Source of the DNA: Eledone cirrhosa
Lineage: Eukaryota
Direction: 5' to 3'
DNA length: 64,000 bases
NCBI GenBank assembly: GCA_964016885.1
Contig: OZ024743.1
Location: 20,646,001 to 20,710,000 of the forward strand
The notes under the pieces are model-generated. The model had not been told where the DNA came from. It searched no databases and worked only from the letters and a program-made list of their open reading frames with translations. Positions 9,880-22,975 of the stretch are shown here, one piece after another; position 1 is the first letter of the stretch, and the number at the start of each line of letters is the position of its first letter. The position numbers and the translations under genes are program-made.

Positions 9880-10200
9880 TCATTATCATCATCATTTAAT
9901 GTTCATTTCCATGCTTGCATCATGTTATGAGACAATTCAGTTCAGGTAACCATATCTTGCTCATACATATCTGTATTTTTGCTTGGTTTTAACAGCTGGA
10001 TGCTTTTTGTCATATCATCAGCATGGCCACCTCATAGGGTGGACTGGGTGCTTTTTGTTGTGCCACTAGCACAACCATCTTACAGGATGGAGTGAGTGTT
10101 CTTTTTGTTGTGGTATCAGATCAGCATACAGGGTGGACTTATTGCTTTTTTCATGGCAACTGCAATGTGGGAGATCAGATGTAGAACGTGTCCAGGTTTC
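9880..10200 (-). mobile_element. Degenerate RTE 3'-UTR fragment with (GAT)n tail
   Basis: CATCATCATTTAATGTTCATTTCCATGCTTGCA...CAGCTGGATGC; next to (TA)n. Confidence 0.65.
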
Positions 10201-10619
10201 ATATTTTAATACATGGATTAAGCAGGCAAGATGTGGCAGGGGTGAGGGTTTGGAGGTAAGCAAGTTCAACCTTGATGAGGTGCACAGGATACATAGCTGG
10301 TGAGAACAGGGTATTAAGATTGGGAAAAGTGAATGGGGAAGAATGAAGAGAAGATTGGTGCACACTATCATCTCTACATGTTTGCTTCATTTCATCTTGT
10401 GCACATAGGAAGGCAGGTCTTCTGCATATAAGACATGCCATTTTACAGAAGACCTGTCTTCCCAAGTGAGTAGGAGGAATCAATTGTGAAGAAACTGAGA
10501 AGTGTAACAACATTTAGGTACTCACCTTCCTGCATGCATCACTTTCCTGCCCCACCTACCTCTCTACCTACGTTCCTCTACTCCTTTATCCCCACTCTTC
10601 ACCCCATATCAACACAAAA

Positions 10620-11392
10620 GAGCAAACACTGGTGCAATGATAAAACGTTTGGTTGGTGTTTTGAAGCACATCTAGCCATAGAAACAATTCCAAAACTAAA
10701 CTTATGAGCCAGACATTGTCACCAGTGGTGTAATCTCAGATTGTGACAACCGATTTAACCCATACAACATACAAGCATGGGAAAATGACAATGATGAGGT
10801 ACTTTTCCAACCACCCTCATTCACCTTCTCTATGCAACTCATATCTGCATAGAAAGCTGGCCACACCCCACAATATACTTCCAAACACAAATACATGACA
10901 TAATACTTGCTTTCGTACTATGGAATGACTCCTCTCACTTGGCCTGTGACATGTACCTCATTCATCCTCTCACCACTGACTTCTCAGATAGACTAAGGAC
11001 ACAACAAGCACTCAGATGGCATAATGAAGTAGTGCTGACGACACAATAAAATAGACACATCCCACTCTGTGAGGTGCTCGTACTGTTGCCAAGACAAAAA
11101 CAAGTCTATCCTGTAAAGTGGTTGTGTTGATGCTACAACAAAAAGTACCAAGTCCATCCTGTAACGTGGTAGTGTTGGTACCTCAACAAAAAAGCACTCG
11201 GTCTGCTCTGCAAGGTGAAAGTGTCGGTATCACAAAATATACTGCAAACTGTTTGGCATTAGGAAGGGCATCTAGTCATAGAAACTAAGCCAGAAGGGGA
11301 ATGTTTGAGCAAGACATGATCACTTGACCTGTCTAACCATAGAACGTGACAACCCATCTAAACCATGCAAGTATGGAAAATAGACATTAAAG
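10620..11392 (+). mobile_element. Degenerate RTE 3'-UTR fragments with tandem ~45-bp subunits
   Basis: Repeated GTGNNACAACAAAAAGYACC...CTGTAAAGTGGT units followed by AGGAAGGGCATC and CCATGCAAGTATGGAAAATAGAC. Confidence 0.65.
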
Positions 11393-11403
11393 GCTGGTGC
11401 TAC

Positions 11404-11452
<49 letters not shown>

Positions 11453-12367
11453 CCATTGAGTATTATTTGTTGATGATCACCCCATAAATGTTTGTATTTG
11501 AATACACCACATCTAAAGATCTTAGGCTGCCATACGTTTGAGTGTTAGCTGAATTGTTTATTTTTGTGACTACATCAGTAAGCAATAATGTTTTCTATTC
11601 AATCATTAAGAACAAAAGATTTCCTTTACTCTTCAATGCAAGATATTTTTACTGCTGCAGACACTTTTCAGCATTATTGATTGAAATACTCCTCTGACTA
11701 AAAGAGAATGCTTTTTCTGTAACTCGTTCTGTATTCCCATTTCATTGAAATTATCATTTACCTGTATATCATTAACAAGGCAGCGAATTAGCAGAGTTGT
11801 TAGAATGTCAGATAGAATGCTTTGTGGTATTTCTTCCAGATTTCTGCGCTCAAATCCTGTTGAGGTCAACCTAAAAAGAAATGTACCAGTCCAGTACCAA
11901 GATCTATTCTTCCTCTGTCATTCTCTCTATTTCCTCTTCTTTAGAAGAAATCAGCTGTGTCCAGACCTTGAGAGGTGATGGTCTCTACTAGACTTAAAGT
12001 GTCCAAGAAATGCCACATATCACTGCAGCCCCCCTATGACAGTCATATGTGTATATACATATCATAAATATTTCTGATCATAATGATCAGTTTAATTATA
12101 ATCCTCACTAACTATGTTTTAAAGTATTTTCATCTTCTAAACCAAATTCACCTGGAAACTTTTAATTATGTAAAGTTTACAAAGAATGTTGAACATCTAT
12201 TAGTTTTGTATGAGTTTCAATGCTATTCTTAAACTAGTTAACAATACTTCATTTTGCCTGGCAATCACAGTTTTAATATAATTTTATGTATTGAAAAATA
12301 TTAAGGGCAATAATTTCTCTTGAGACACAAAAGCAAATTCTTTTATAGTATATGGAGGTATTGTTAA

Positions 12368-12811
12368 CCTTTTGAATACTGAGCTCCTGAACATTTTGTG
12401 AACACTACACTGGCTTTCTTTTACATCACCATCTGACTCAACAGTACAGAATGTACTACTATACCAACTCACAACACCATCATTAATAAGTTCAGAATAA
12501 TTTCTGTTTCAATATCACTATTGTCACTCTGTTCACTATCTTCATTCGAATTTAATATTTGGGTTCTTAAATGATCAGCTAATAGCCTTCTCTCAGCTAT
12601 TTCCAGTGATTTAAACCCACCAAAATCAGAAAAATTCATGAAAACACACTGATATATTTCACTGAAGATACATGCTGACACCTTATTAGCAAGACAGTTG
12701 CTTGACAATTTGTTTATAATCTAAAATGCTTGGCAGTTGATTGATCAGTCAGTCATATTGTGAGCACTACAATTCTATGGCCAATAGTACGAACGTTCAT
12801 GGTTGAAAGGG
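12368..12811 (-). mobile_element. piggyBac-like deletion derivative
   Basis: TTAA-CCTTTTGAATACTGAGC ... GTTCATGGTTGAAAGGG-TTTA imperfect TIRs; minus-strand acidic peptide NSNEDSEQSDNSDIETE resembling a piggyBac transposase N-terminus. Confidence 0.5.
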
Positions 12812-13174
12812 TTTATTTATGACCAATATTATCAGTTCTTCATATGCATTATTTATGATTAGCACACACATCACAAAAATTGGCTCTTTGCATTTGTTTG
12901 TGTCATAGAGCAAGTTATAACTATTAATCGTTACTTAAATATAGAGGGGGGGGGGGTTCTTGATTGTTTTCCTTGCCAATTAATAACAAAAATAAACATT
13001 CTAAATTACTGCATATTTCTAAACCTTAAAACGTCATAAAACTCATTGTAAAAATTGTACCATAAATATGGCTACATCCTTATTAAAAATACATACACAT
13101 AATCATATTTACTAGGTTAAGATGATTAATTCATAGTTTATATATTACTGTTAATTACTGCAGCAAATGCAGAT

Positions 13175-13330
13175 ATGACTTTGTGGTGAAGAAATATGCT
13201 TCATGAGCATGTGGTTCTGGGTTCAATTCCATTGTGCAACACTTTGGGCAAGTTTCTTCTAGCATAGCTTTGTGTTTACCAATGTCTTGTAAACTGAATT
13301 TGGCAGCCAAAAATTGTTCAAGAGTTTGCA
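13175..13330 (+). mobile_element. tRNA-derived SINE (family 3), degenerate
   Basis: GTGGTGAAGAA...GGTTCAATTCC...TTGGGCAAGT..CTTCTA. Related minus-strand fragments at ~1365-1455 and ~44770-44890. Confidence 0.65.
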
Positions 13331-13371
13331 TGCATAATATATATAAATGATCAACAGCATCATCATCAGTG

Positions 13372-13460
13372 GGTTGGCCTATATTTGAATCAGCTTATAT
13401 TCGAGTATATACTGTAAATATATATTATGTCGAGTATATACTGTAAATATATATTATGCT
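13372..13460. mobile_element. Tc1/mariner(pogo)-type MITE end with local tandem duplication
   Basis: CAGCTTATATTCGAGTATATACTG-TA terminal motif; CGAGTATATACTGTAAATATATATTATG occurs twice. Confidence 0.5.
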
Positions 13461-13490
13461 GTACATCAGCATGAGGTGAACAAAACTGGT

Positions 13491-14330
13491 ACATCATCAT
13501 TGTTTTATGTTTGTTTTTCATTCTTGGATGTGTTGTTATGAACCAGCCCTAGATTTGTAATGCCAGTTACCTTACAAATTGTACCAGGTGCATTTTATCA
13601 TGCCACCAACATTATTTCTTTACAGTGTGTATTAAGTGCATTTTATCATGACACCAGCACTGTCACTTTACAGAATGTCCTGGGTGCATTATATTAAAGA
13701 GGTTGTCAGGTACTTGACAGTGCCAAAGGGTCCTAATGGGTACATTATATCTGAGTTTGTCAGGTAATTGGCAGGGGTAAAAACTCCTTTGTTGTCCTGG
13801 TCTGTTCACCCATCACTTTATGCATCCTACTGTGTCACTGATACTATAGAGGTTCTCTCCTTCACTGCAGTATACAGGAACCTCTCCAGACTATGGAGTC
13901 TCTAATCTCTTGCCACATTTCCTTTTAGTGTTTCAGTGCTTGTACTGGTGAATGGGTATTTTGTAGTATGGCATATCTCCAGTCAACTTAATCCTGTGTT
14001 ATCTCCTCCAAGGGGTTCAGTTTCTTGAGATCACTCCACAGCCTTATCTCATATCATACTTCTCTCTCTCCACTACAGGTTCCATTTTCTTTAAGTGCTC
14101 AGTATTTTTTAATACAACTCTCATTCTCTTTATGCATAACATGATCATACCAGCACAATCATTTCCCCTGCATATTACATTTGGTTATGTACACTAACAT
14201 TACACATCCAGTAGAGTCTGCATGTCTAATTCATTTTTAGCCACCGCAAATCTTCTGCACTGAAATTCGACATCTTGCTGCTATGAAGTATAGCAGTTCA
14301 AACATGCAATTCAAACAGAAATATTTTGCG
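13491..14330 (-). mobile_element. Old 5'-truncated RTE LINE
   Basis: (CAT)n tail at left and tandem 3'-UTR subunits; minus-strand LCWYDHVM (from LRWYGHVM) at ~14135-14160. Confidence 0.65.
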
Positions 14331-15390
14331 GGAATTCATGTCCAACCACATTAATTTAATTTATTACAAGAATCACTTTACTTTTTTATTCTAATGACAT
14401 CAGTAAAATAGTTAGCAAAGTACCGGAATGGAATTTTTGTTATTCCTGATGGAGTCAAAGGGATGCCATCATGATATATGATGTGCCTCAGGCATTTTTA
14501 ACCTGGCAGAGCCCATCACTTCCACAGCTGATTTCTTCAGAGGAGAGGGAGGAGGTGAGAAGAAGTAAAGAGGAAGAATTTACCCCACTACTGGACTAAT
14601 ACTTTTTTTTATTGACCTTGAAAGGATGAATGGCAAAGTTGATTTCAGCAGGATCTGAACACAGAATATGCCATGAGCTGGAATAAATACCACAAAGCAT
14701 TCTATACAGGGATGGATATATGTAAGTAAGAAGAAAATTCTGTTGATGCTGATGCCTCAGCATGGCAACAGTCCAATAACTGAGATAAGTAAAATCATAG
14801 AGAATCAATGAGTTACAGTGTTACATACATGACTTTCTGTCAAAGGGTGCACCTCACAATTCTCTACTGCAATAATTCTTTTCTATATTTGAGGCTGTTG
14901 ACTTTCATATGTAAATTTTAAAGATTTTGAGACAAAAGTAAGTGGGGTCAACATTTTATTTATAATATTTTAGTTGATGCAGTGTTTGTTTTTCTTGAAA
15001 ATTAAACTGTGGAAAGTATTTGCTTTCACTGTAGCAAGTGTTTTTCTATTAATAAGTATCATTAAGAAATTTCCATTGCTCTTTTATGAGAGAAATAATT
15101 GTAAACACTTGTCTTGTTTGTTTATGTTTATAAAAACATTTTACTGTAATTTATGTTAGAAGAAAGAAAGTTCTTAAACAACAATACATCAGTCAAATTT
15201 CTTATAGGCTTTATCCCTTTTATTAACATTTTAATTTAAATGCAATATAACAATAAACATTATCTTCATTTTTCCATATCAATTTAATACTTCTTTTCAG
15301 AATGTTTATCTGCAAATATCCTATAGCATGTTGTTGAAAAGAATGTATTAATATGTATTAACATGCTTGGCATATAGAAATATTTGAGGC

Positions 15391-15628
15391 ATATATATAT
15401 ATATGTGTGTGTATAAATATATATGTATATATATATATATGTGTGTGTATATGTTGGTATATATATGTATATATATATATGTGTGTGTGTGTGTATGTAT
15501 ATATATATATATGTGTGTATGTGTGTGTGAGTGTGTGTATACACTCACAGACAGACCAACACACACATATGCAACCATGGAAAATGGATATAAAAGAAAG
15601 GAAGGAAAAGATATATATATATATATAT
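15391..15628. repeat. Compound (TA)n/(TG)n microsatellite
   Basis: Direct inspection; explains the spurious YI/CV/HT ORFs here. Confidence 0.95.
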
Positions 15629-16243
15629 GAATAAATTTCATATGTGCTATTCAGAATGAATGCATGACCAGAATATATATTTTTTCTAATCCATCAATCA
15701 TACCGTATGTTTGTTCATTTTTATAGAATTAAAACTAATGTATTAGAAGCCAATCTTCCCCATTTCCAGCTCATGGACGAAACATAGTGAGAGCTGTTTT
15801 ATGTCATTTTACAAAAAAACACACAAAGAAAGCAACCCTCAAACAAGCTTTTTATTTGGTATTCTTTTCTGACAATTTATCTCCTCTCGTTTTCATTAAA
15901 ACAGAACAAAACAAAACAAAAGTACTTGATCTGTACATGAAAGCATAACAATGATTTATTTTCTTATAGATTTGTCAACAAACTAGAAAAAATCCTGTAT
16001 AGGAATATGCTAAAGATTCTTTCTTGTTGAAATAATGTGAATAAATTGTTGAATATATTTCACTTCTTTGACTTTGTCTAGATCTTATACATTTTTGTAG
16101 CTTAAATTAGGATTAACATAATATTTTGAGTACTTTTAGAAATTAAAAACAAAAAATGAATTGTTAAATGTCAACAAAATTATGTTTGGTAGTATCATCT
16201 TTTGAGTGAATATACTAAAAACAATTGTACATGTGTCAATGTA

Positions 16244-16579
16244 CAGGATGGTTCGAAAGTCTTGTTACCCCCTACCAAAAAGTAATGAGAAACAGTTTAT
16301 GTTTCTATCGCAGTATCGTCCTCTTCGGAGGAGCTGGTTTGCCAAATCTTGCAGTGAAGTCATGTCGCACATCCTCTATGCACTTGCCAGAATGCACACG
16401 ATCATGTGTTCATACACTTGTAAGCAGCCTCTCTTCCACACTGTATGGGCTCTGAAATAGAATATTATATTACTATTATTGTATATTATAATTAATAATA
16501 TTATATATTATTAAAACAAAAAATAATGAAAGTTAAAACAATATGTGACAAGGGGTGACAAGACTTTCAGACCATCCTG
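16244..16579 (-). mobile_element. Internally deleted Tc1/mariner transposon (DUF4817-like HTH remnant)
   Basis: ~29-bp TIRs CAGGATGGTTCGAAAGTCTTGTTACCCC / GGGGTGACAAGACTTTCAGACCATCCTG; TA on both sides. Minus strand reads PYSVEERLLTSV*...VRHDFTARFGKPAPPKRTILR*KHKLF. Confidence 0.88.
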
Positions 16580-16714
16580 TATAAATATGTTATTGCTACT
16601 AGTTTCAACATAGTTAGAACTATGTAGACTCCAGGAACTCTAATAAAGAGTAGGTATAAATAGTGTAAATATGCACTCTAAAGAAAACAAAATAATAATC
16701 TTATTAATCATTAT

Positions 16715-17012
16715 AGTGGTACTCCGTCAGTTATGCCGATACAATCAACAGAACAGCCTGATCGTGCAAGTGGCTGAGCATTCCACAAACGTGTATACTC
16801 TTAACATAATTTTCAGGGAAATTCAGACAGACAAGGAATGTGACAAGGCTGACTCTTTGAATTATAGGTACAACTCATTCTTGCCATCTGAGTGGACTGG
16901 AACAAATGAAATAAAGTGTCTTGCTCAAGGACACAGCATGCCACTAGGAATCGAACTCACAACATTATGACCGTGAGCCGAATATTCTAGCCACAAAGAC
17001 ACACATCTTCAC
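16715..17012 (-). mobile_element. tRNA-derived SINE (family 4)
   Basis: GAAATAAAGTGTCTTGCTCAAGGACAC...GGAATCGAACTC (reverse B-box). Homolog on + at ~38480-38730; related head at 43865-44110 (-). Confidence 0.8.
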
Positions 17013-17309
17013 AATATTAATCATTATCTCTTGTTTATTTGTATTGTATATGCTATTTTCACTATGCACATTATGCTAAAGTGCATATCTATAATTTATA
17101 ATTTATCACATACTAATTTCTTCAAAAAGTTAATTATCTTGAATATATTTCTTTCAAATTATTTTATATCCAATTCATAATATTTTCCTTGGTATTATGA
17201 TTAATGTTTAGTTAAGGAAAAGTAAAGGTATATAAGATATCAGTTATATGTGAGAGTTTCTGCTGAATATGCAAAACATTATCAAATGATTATTTCTATT
17301 TATTTTCAG

Positions 17310-17532
17310 ATTTAATGGCTCGTTATCGGCGAAGCTTTCAAAACAATGCAAACAACCATAAAGCTCCAATTGTAATTGAGAGCAGCATGAGGGCATCACA
17401 TCAGATTGTCAGTCATGTTTTGAATATTCTTCTAGAAGAAGTTATAGGTTTTACAAACGTCATTGTTAAAGATATTGAAACCATGAACACCACAGTAATG
17501 CTTAACAGAATTGTTGGCTGTCCAATTTCCAG
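17310..17532 (+). CDS. Internal coding exon (phase 1 to 2) of host gene; resembles a periplasmic-binding-fold ectodomain, possibly Venus kinase receptor / class C receptor-like N-terminus
   Basis: Acceptor TTTATTTTCAG|, donor CAG|GTCAGA; open frame LMARYRR...APIVIESSMRASHQIVSHVLNILLEEVIGFTNV...LNRIVGCPIS. Exon call is solid; the family assignment is recall only and unverified. Confidence 0.75.
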
Positions 17533-17699
17533 GTCAGAAAATGCTTATAATTTCTTCTATATGTTGCAGTTCTTGAGTACTTTGAAAAAAAGAAATTACT
17601 ATTTCTCTGTTTCCCAACTTATCTATTTGTTTTCTGTCAACTTTTGATTTTATATATGCATATTTAGGTCATTCATATTGTAATCTAACTCATACTGAC

Positions 17700-18560
17700 T
17701 GATGTATTCCAGGGCAGGAAGGATGGCTTCACCATATGCTATCATACTGACGGCAAACGCTTCAACTTGATATGAAAATAGGATAAAACCAGCAGGATAG
17801 AGGACACACTGTGCAAATTCTTGTTTATGGATGATGATGTTCTCAATGCAGGCCCAGAATCAAATGCAGCAGTGCATGAACAGCCTCTCCTTTACCTTCT
17901 ATTACTTTGGCCTCATCATCTGCATAAAGAAAACCAAAGTCAGGCACCAACCAACCCTAACAAGGAGTATAGGGCACACACCATTACAGTCAGGGATCAG
18001 GCACTATTACCCATTAACACACTGACATAACGTTTCATCACTCTCTCAAGAATTGTCCACTTTGAGTATGATGTCAGCCACAGAGTTGCTAGTCTTAGCA
18101 TCACCTTCAGTATCATTCATAATGTTTTCAAGCCTAATCGAAAGTCTATCGAACTGTTGCCTCTGCAAACTTCTTTGCATATTATTAAGTTGTGGACTGT
18201 TTATAGCAGCCATTACAACATATGTAATCTGATTCTGCCTATGCAAAATGCTGCACATATTTTAGCAGGTCCGGTTTCAGATATTGAAGTCTTCAATCGC
18301 ACAATGTTAGCTATGATTTCTACTCAGCTGCACTTGTCTGGTTATATTGTTTGAATGAATGATGAATCATTTTCAAAATGTCTTTCCTACAGAGAGTTGT
18401 TAAGAGAAAATGTTGAGGCAGTACACAGAGCAAACATTACAAGGATACTTTCAAGTCTGTCAAAGACTTGAGCAGTGCATGTGCAGCTTGTGCCGTGTCA
18501 TGAGAGAATCTCGTTGCTGAGGCATGTACATTATGCACTTTCATATTTAAATCAATCATA
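17700..18560 (+). mobile_element. Ancient BovB-type RTE LINE fragment (RT C-terminal half)
   Basis: Degenerate motifs FMDD, FGLIICIKKTKV.HQP and SLHIIKLWTVYSSH (from LLYGSETWTVY.RH). Confidence 0.7.
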
Positions 18561-19379
18561 ATGTCTGAGCAGACCAGGAGCAAGCAAGATAAGAAGTTGA
18601 AACTGAAATGGTCAGAGCTACTTGCACAGTAAAAAAACCAAAAGGAATTGTCAGCCACTCCCACAAGTGATGTCATGGTCATCTCTATGAATGGACAAAT
18701 GAAGATTATGCTCTAGCTGAACTATATTCTAAATGAAGAAAGAAAAGAAAAAAAAAATTAACAATTTTCAGATTATATTGATTAGTTTATACTAAATAAT
18801 AAGAAAATAAATTTATCTTTCTTCTTTGATTGAATTGGTCTCTTATTGGTGTTTTTTATAATGCGTCTCATCTTCAAACTTATCTATTTTACACTGTTAA
18901 CTTTCACTTTCTTTGTTTTTAATATATAAATTGCCTTATAGCAGTATAATGAAAAAAAAAAGAAAATTATTTTCATTTTATATTTTGCCCTGATTTAAAA
19001 AGAAAGTTGAAAATACTTTTTCTGTTCATATTCTCTTTCTGTGCATTTTTCTCTCATAAATCAGAATAAAATTAATATCTAGCATAATATTGTTTTCTTA
19101 TTTAGTCAGATGGCCTTTTTTTTTTGTAAAACATTTGGGTGTGGTTTATTGAATCAATTGAAGTAATTATTGGGAATCATTTTGTAAAGATAAAATTGTC
19201 TTTTTATTTTTTTTACTTTCTAGCCAACAACAAACACATCTATCTCCACATTTTGTATTGCATACTTTATTCATTTTATGAATAATTATATTATAAAGTT
19301 TTTGAAACACCATATCATAAATAACTTCTAGATATGCTTTTTATTTAATTCTCTTCATACCATTTTATATTTCCTTCAG

Positions 19380-19403
19380 AAAAATACTAAATTTAAAACC
19401 AAA
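19380..19403 (+). CDS. Candidate 24-nt microexon (phase 2-2), RKILNLKP
   Basis: TTTTATATTTCCTTCAG| ... AAA|GTAAGC; in frame with the 17310 exon. Confidence 0.45.
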
Positions 19404-20539
19404 GTAAGCTTTATATCTTACTGTAAATCAAAGTAAGCTTTATAGCTAACTTTGGTTAAATTTAATATATTTTCTTGAATTCTTTACTTAGAATTCATAA
19501 ATAGGCCTTCCTGTATTTAAGAAAAAGAAATCTTTTGAACATTTCTATACATTATTAATTACTTATATGCATTTGATTAAAATAAAAGATAATCCTCAAT
19601 TTAAATGGATTGAAAATATTTCTGATGCATATGATTTTTTAATATATTATAATAGCTGTTGCTAGTGCTTTTGCAATTGAAATTGATGATGTACTTCAAA
19701 CGAGAGAATAAATGGACCAACAAACTGTTTGGTTAAAATAGTACTTAGAATATTTTTATACATTTAAACATTATTTTTTTACATATGATGTCTTATCTTG
19801 TAAATAAATCACTTGGAATTATTTTAGATTCTATTCACTGTGAAATCTATCTCTCATTCTATGTCTAACTACTTATCTCTTCCTCTTGTTTTCTTATTTT
19901 TTCTTTATTTATTTTGCTCTTCTTTGCTCCTTCTCATTCTTTATAATCTCTATGTAATAATTTCATGTAACTAATGCTGTATTATAATAATAACAGATAT
20001 GGTTGAATCCTCACAAGATGCACTATAAATACCTTCGTAAACTACTATCTCTACAATCTGTCAGTACTTGTCAGTAAATTAAAGCCTGATTTAAACAAGA
20101 TTTTCATCTTGGCTGATTCACACTTCAATTTAAGTTTGTAAAAGAGCAGTCATCACTATTGAATGTGGACATGATGCTGTACTGGTAGCTTTTGATCCTT
20201 TAGGCACATTTACGCATTGGCTGTTTATCATTTGTTACTAAAACACTACATTTGAAGGAACTAGTGATTTTCATCTGAATTTTCTAGTGCACTTTATTTC
20301 ACTAGAAATTTTTGAAATTATTTCTAAGTGCACCAGAAAAAGAGAAGGTAGGAACTCTATAATGTGTACACAATATTAAATGTAGATAAACAAGACATGT
20401 AGTGGAATAGCAGACAGGTTAACAGAAAAGTTGGTTTTTGTGTGTAGCAGATGGACAGGAATAGTTGGTAGTAAGAGCACCAGTAAAATGAACACTTTTC
20501 TAATCCCAGAAAAGTAAAATAGAAGTAGTTGATAGCTTC

Positions 20540-20975
20540 TGTTACTTAAGTAACCTAATTAGCAGTGGAGTTGGTTGCTCTGAGAGTATAGTAGCTGTTC
20601 AAGGAGCTACTGCCTCTGTTGAGAGCAAAGACATTCACTCTCTAAGTGAATGGCAGGTTTTATGATGCTTGCATGTGAAGTGTAATGTTACATAATACTG
20701 AGGCATGGGCAGTGGATGCACATGATATGTGAAACTAAACAAAGACAAGTTGAACATACTTCAATGGATGTGTAATGTTTGTGTGCATGAGTGGAAAGGA
20801 TAGATGTACTGAGCAAAAATCTGTGTAGAGGATGATCGTTAGGTGAAGAAGTGCCAAGAGATCCTATGGAAGGAAGCTGGGGAAGACATGGGCTGTGATG
20901 AGAACTGATTTCAAAATGCTGAACCTCATAGTTATGTCAAACAAATGCAATGAGTGGAGGGAGTCTCTGTACATT
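20540..20975 (+). mobile_element. Old RTE 3' fragment nested in Gypsy
   Basis: GGCAGGTTTTATGATGCTTGC, GTGAAGAAGTGCCAAGAG and GGAAGACATGGGCT resemble 57330-57660. Confidence 0.65.
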
Positions 20976-22809
20976 TGTAGAAATGGTTGTAAAATGGCTA
21001 CCCATATGACATTTTAACTGCTTTAAAAAACATCTTCAAATAGCCTACCAATGAAATCATAGTCTGATACACAAAGAATTGGCCATAGAGTCTGTTGTTA
21101 AATATGTGAGTTATCTTTAGAAGCATAGCTTATAATGTCACTTCAAAAATGTGATTGCTGACTCATTCAATAATAAATGAATTCATGATTCATTTATGAT
21201 GGGAATCTCTTTTGCCCATATTTAAACCAAACCACTGGAAAACATATCACAAGCTTTGTGATCAGCTACATGCTTAGAACATTGCTATGAATGATTCTTA
21301 TACAATTTAGAAGTACAAATTTGTGTAGCAGTCTCCAGCCGAATGGCTAGAGTCCTACATCTGAGAATTTCATATCTGAAACAGCTGTGTGTAATCTAAG
21401 ATTCTTGACTAAAGACTGTAAGTGTACAATATTAGCAGTTTTAGATAAAATGACTACTCCAATCAAGAAATGTTGTGTACTAGAATTAAAGACAAAATGC
21501 CATAGAACACATACAGTCAAGTGTATTACTTTACACTATCTTGTTACTGCAAAGATGTTATTTTTGGTATTCCTCTTCTGAGCAAACACCAGCATTGCCA
21601 CAATAGGACTTTGGGGATTGCTCTGTGATTTCATTAAAATTTGGTCTAACAAAATCTCTCACCAGCTTTTAAACTAATAGTTACAAAATCTCACAAATTT
21701 AAATCGTCTGATACTCAATTCATTCAGCTAGAAGTGAATAGAATTCTCAAAGAAGGTATTATCATGCTAAGTGATCTGCTCTATCAAGCACAAATGATTG
21801 TCATTAACAATAACAGCAAAAGGAGATTAGTGGTTGTCCATTTTGTAACTAGTAATAAATTCACCTATCTAGAATCTTACCCAATGCTCAACTTAACTTA
21901 GTCAAAGAAATGTCTTCTTAGAAAATATTTAGAACTATTGACTTATGTAGCACATAATGCTATGCTGTGTTACATTTCCATGCATGAGTATTTACCACTT
22001 TTGTGGCAGATCCTCAATTATTTCTGTCAAAACATTTTAGATTAATTCTTACAAAAGGTATTGCATGTTTGCAATGGATTGTAGACAATCATATTCATGA
22101 AAAGGATTGGAAGGCATGTAGGCCTATTTGGATGATGTCACCATATGTGATAAAAACCAAAGAGTAAAATAACAAACATTTATAGAAATTCTTAAAAGTT
22201 GTTTATAAATCTATTATGATACTGAATAACACTAATTGTAGATTTTCAACTGAATGTTTGTATTCTAAGTTATCAATTTAGCTATAATGATCTGCATCAT
22301 GATTCCTTATGTTAAACTTCACTGAAATAAATATCTACCCATATAATATGAACTAATAAACATGTCTACCAATAGACTTAAGTTCATTTGTGAAGGCACA
22401 TGGATTATTGGTTAGAGTGTTCAGCTCATGATCATTAATTCATGAGTTCCATTCCTGGACTGGTCAGTACATTATGTCCTTGAGCAAGGCACTTTATTTC
22501 ACATTGTTTCATAGCATTACCAATAATACAATCTCTGGTAACAGAACAAAAATTTAAAAAAGCATCCTTGTTGGACTGCATTTCTATTACTTGGAGTGAA
22601 ATATGTGAAGCTACTAGGGACAGAGAGACATGGTAATCTGTTGCTGAGGCTGCCTCTTGTTTCTCTATATTAGATTGAGATGAATCTGACCTTACTAATA
22701 AACATGCCTACTAAATCCTTATTTTGACTCTGTTAGTGATTTTACCAATGACTTTCATGTTACTCTGAAGGAATAATGTTTTCTGATTTATACTCAAGGC
22801 CAACAGGGG

Positions 22810-22975
22810 AAAATCAATTAAATTGACCTTGGTGCATTACTGGTACTTTATTTTATCCACTCTCTAAAGATGAAAGGCAAAGCTAACCTCAGCAGGATTT
22901 GAACTCAGAACATGAAGGGCAGTAACTCTATGCCGTAAAGCATGTTGTCCAATGCTTACCTATTACTGCCAATCA
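22810..22975 (-). mobile_element. Family-2 tRNA-SINE
   Basis: CTGGTACTTTATTTTATC...GATGAAAGGCAAAG...GGATTTGAACTCAGAAC. Confidence 0.75.

Noticed and set aside
15284-15641. Five overlapping ORFs
   Set aside because: Translations of dinucleotide microsatellites.
15727-15925. Possible exon after TTTTTATAG
   Set aside because: No convincing donor or frame linking it to the 17310 exon.
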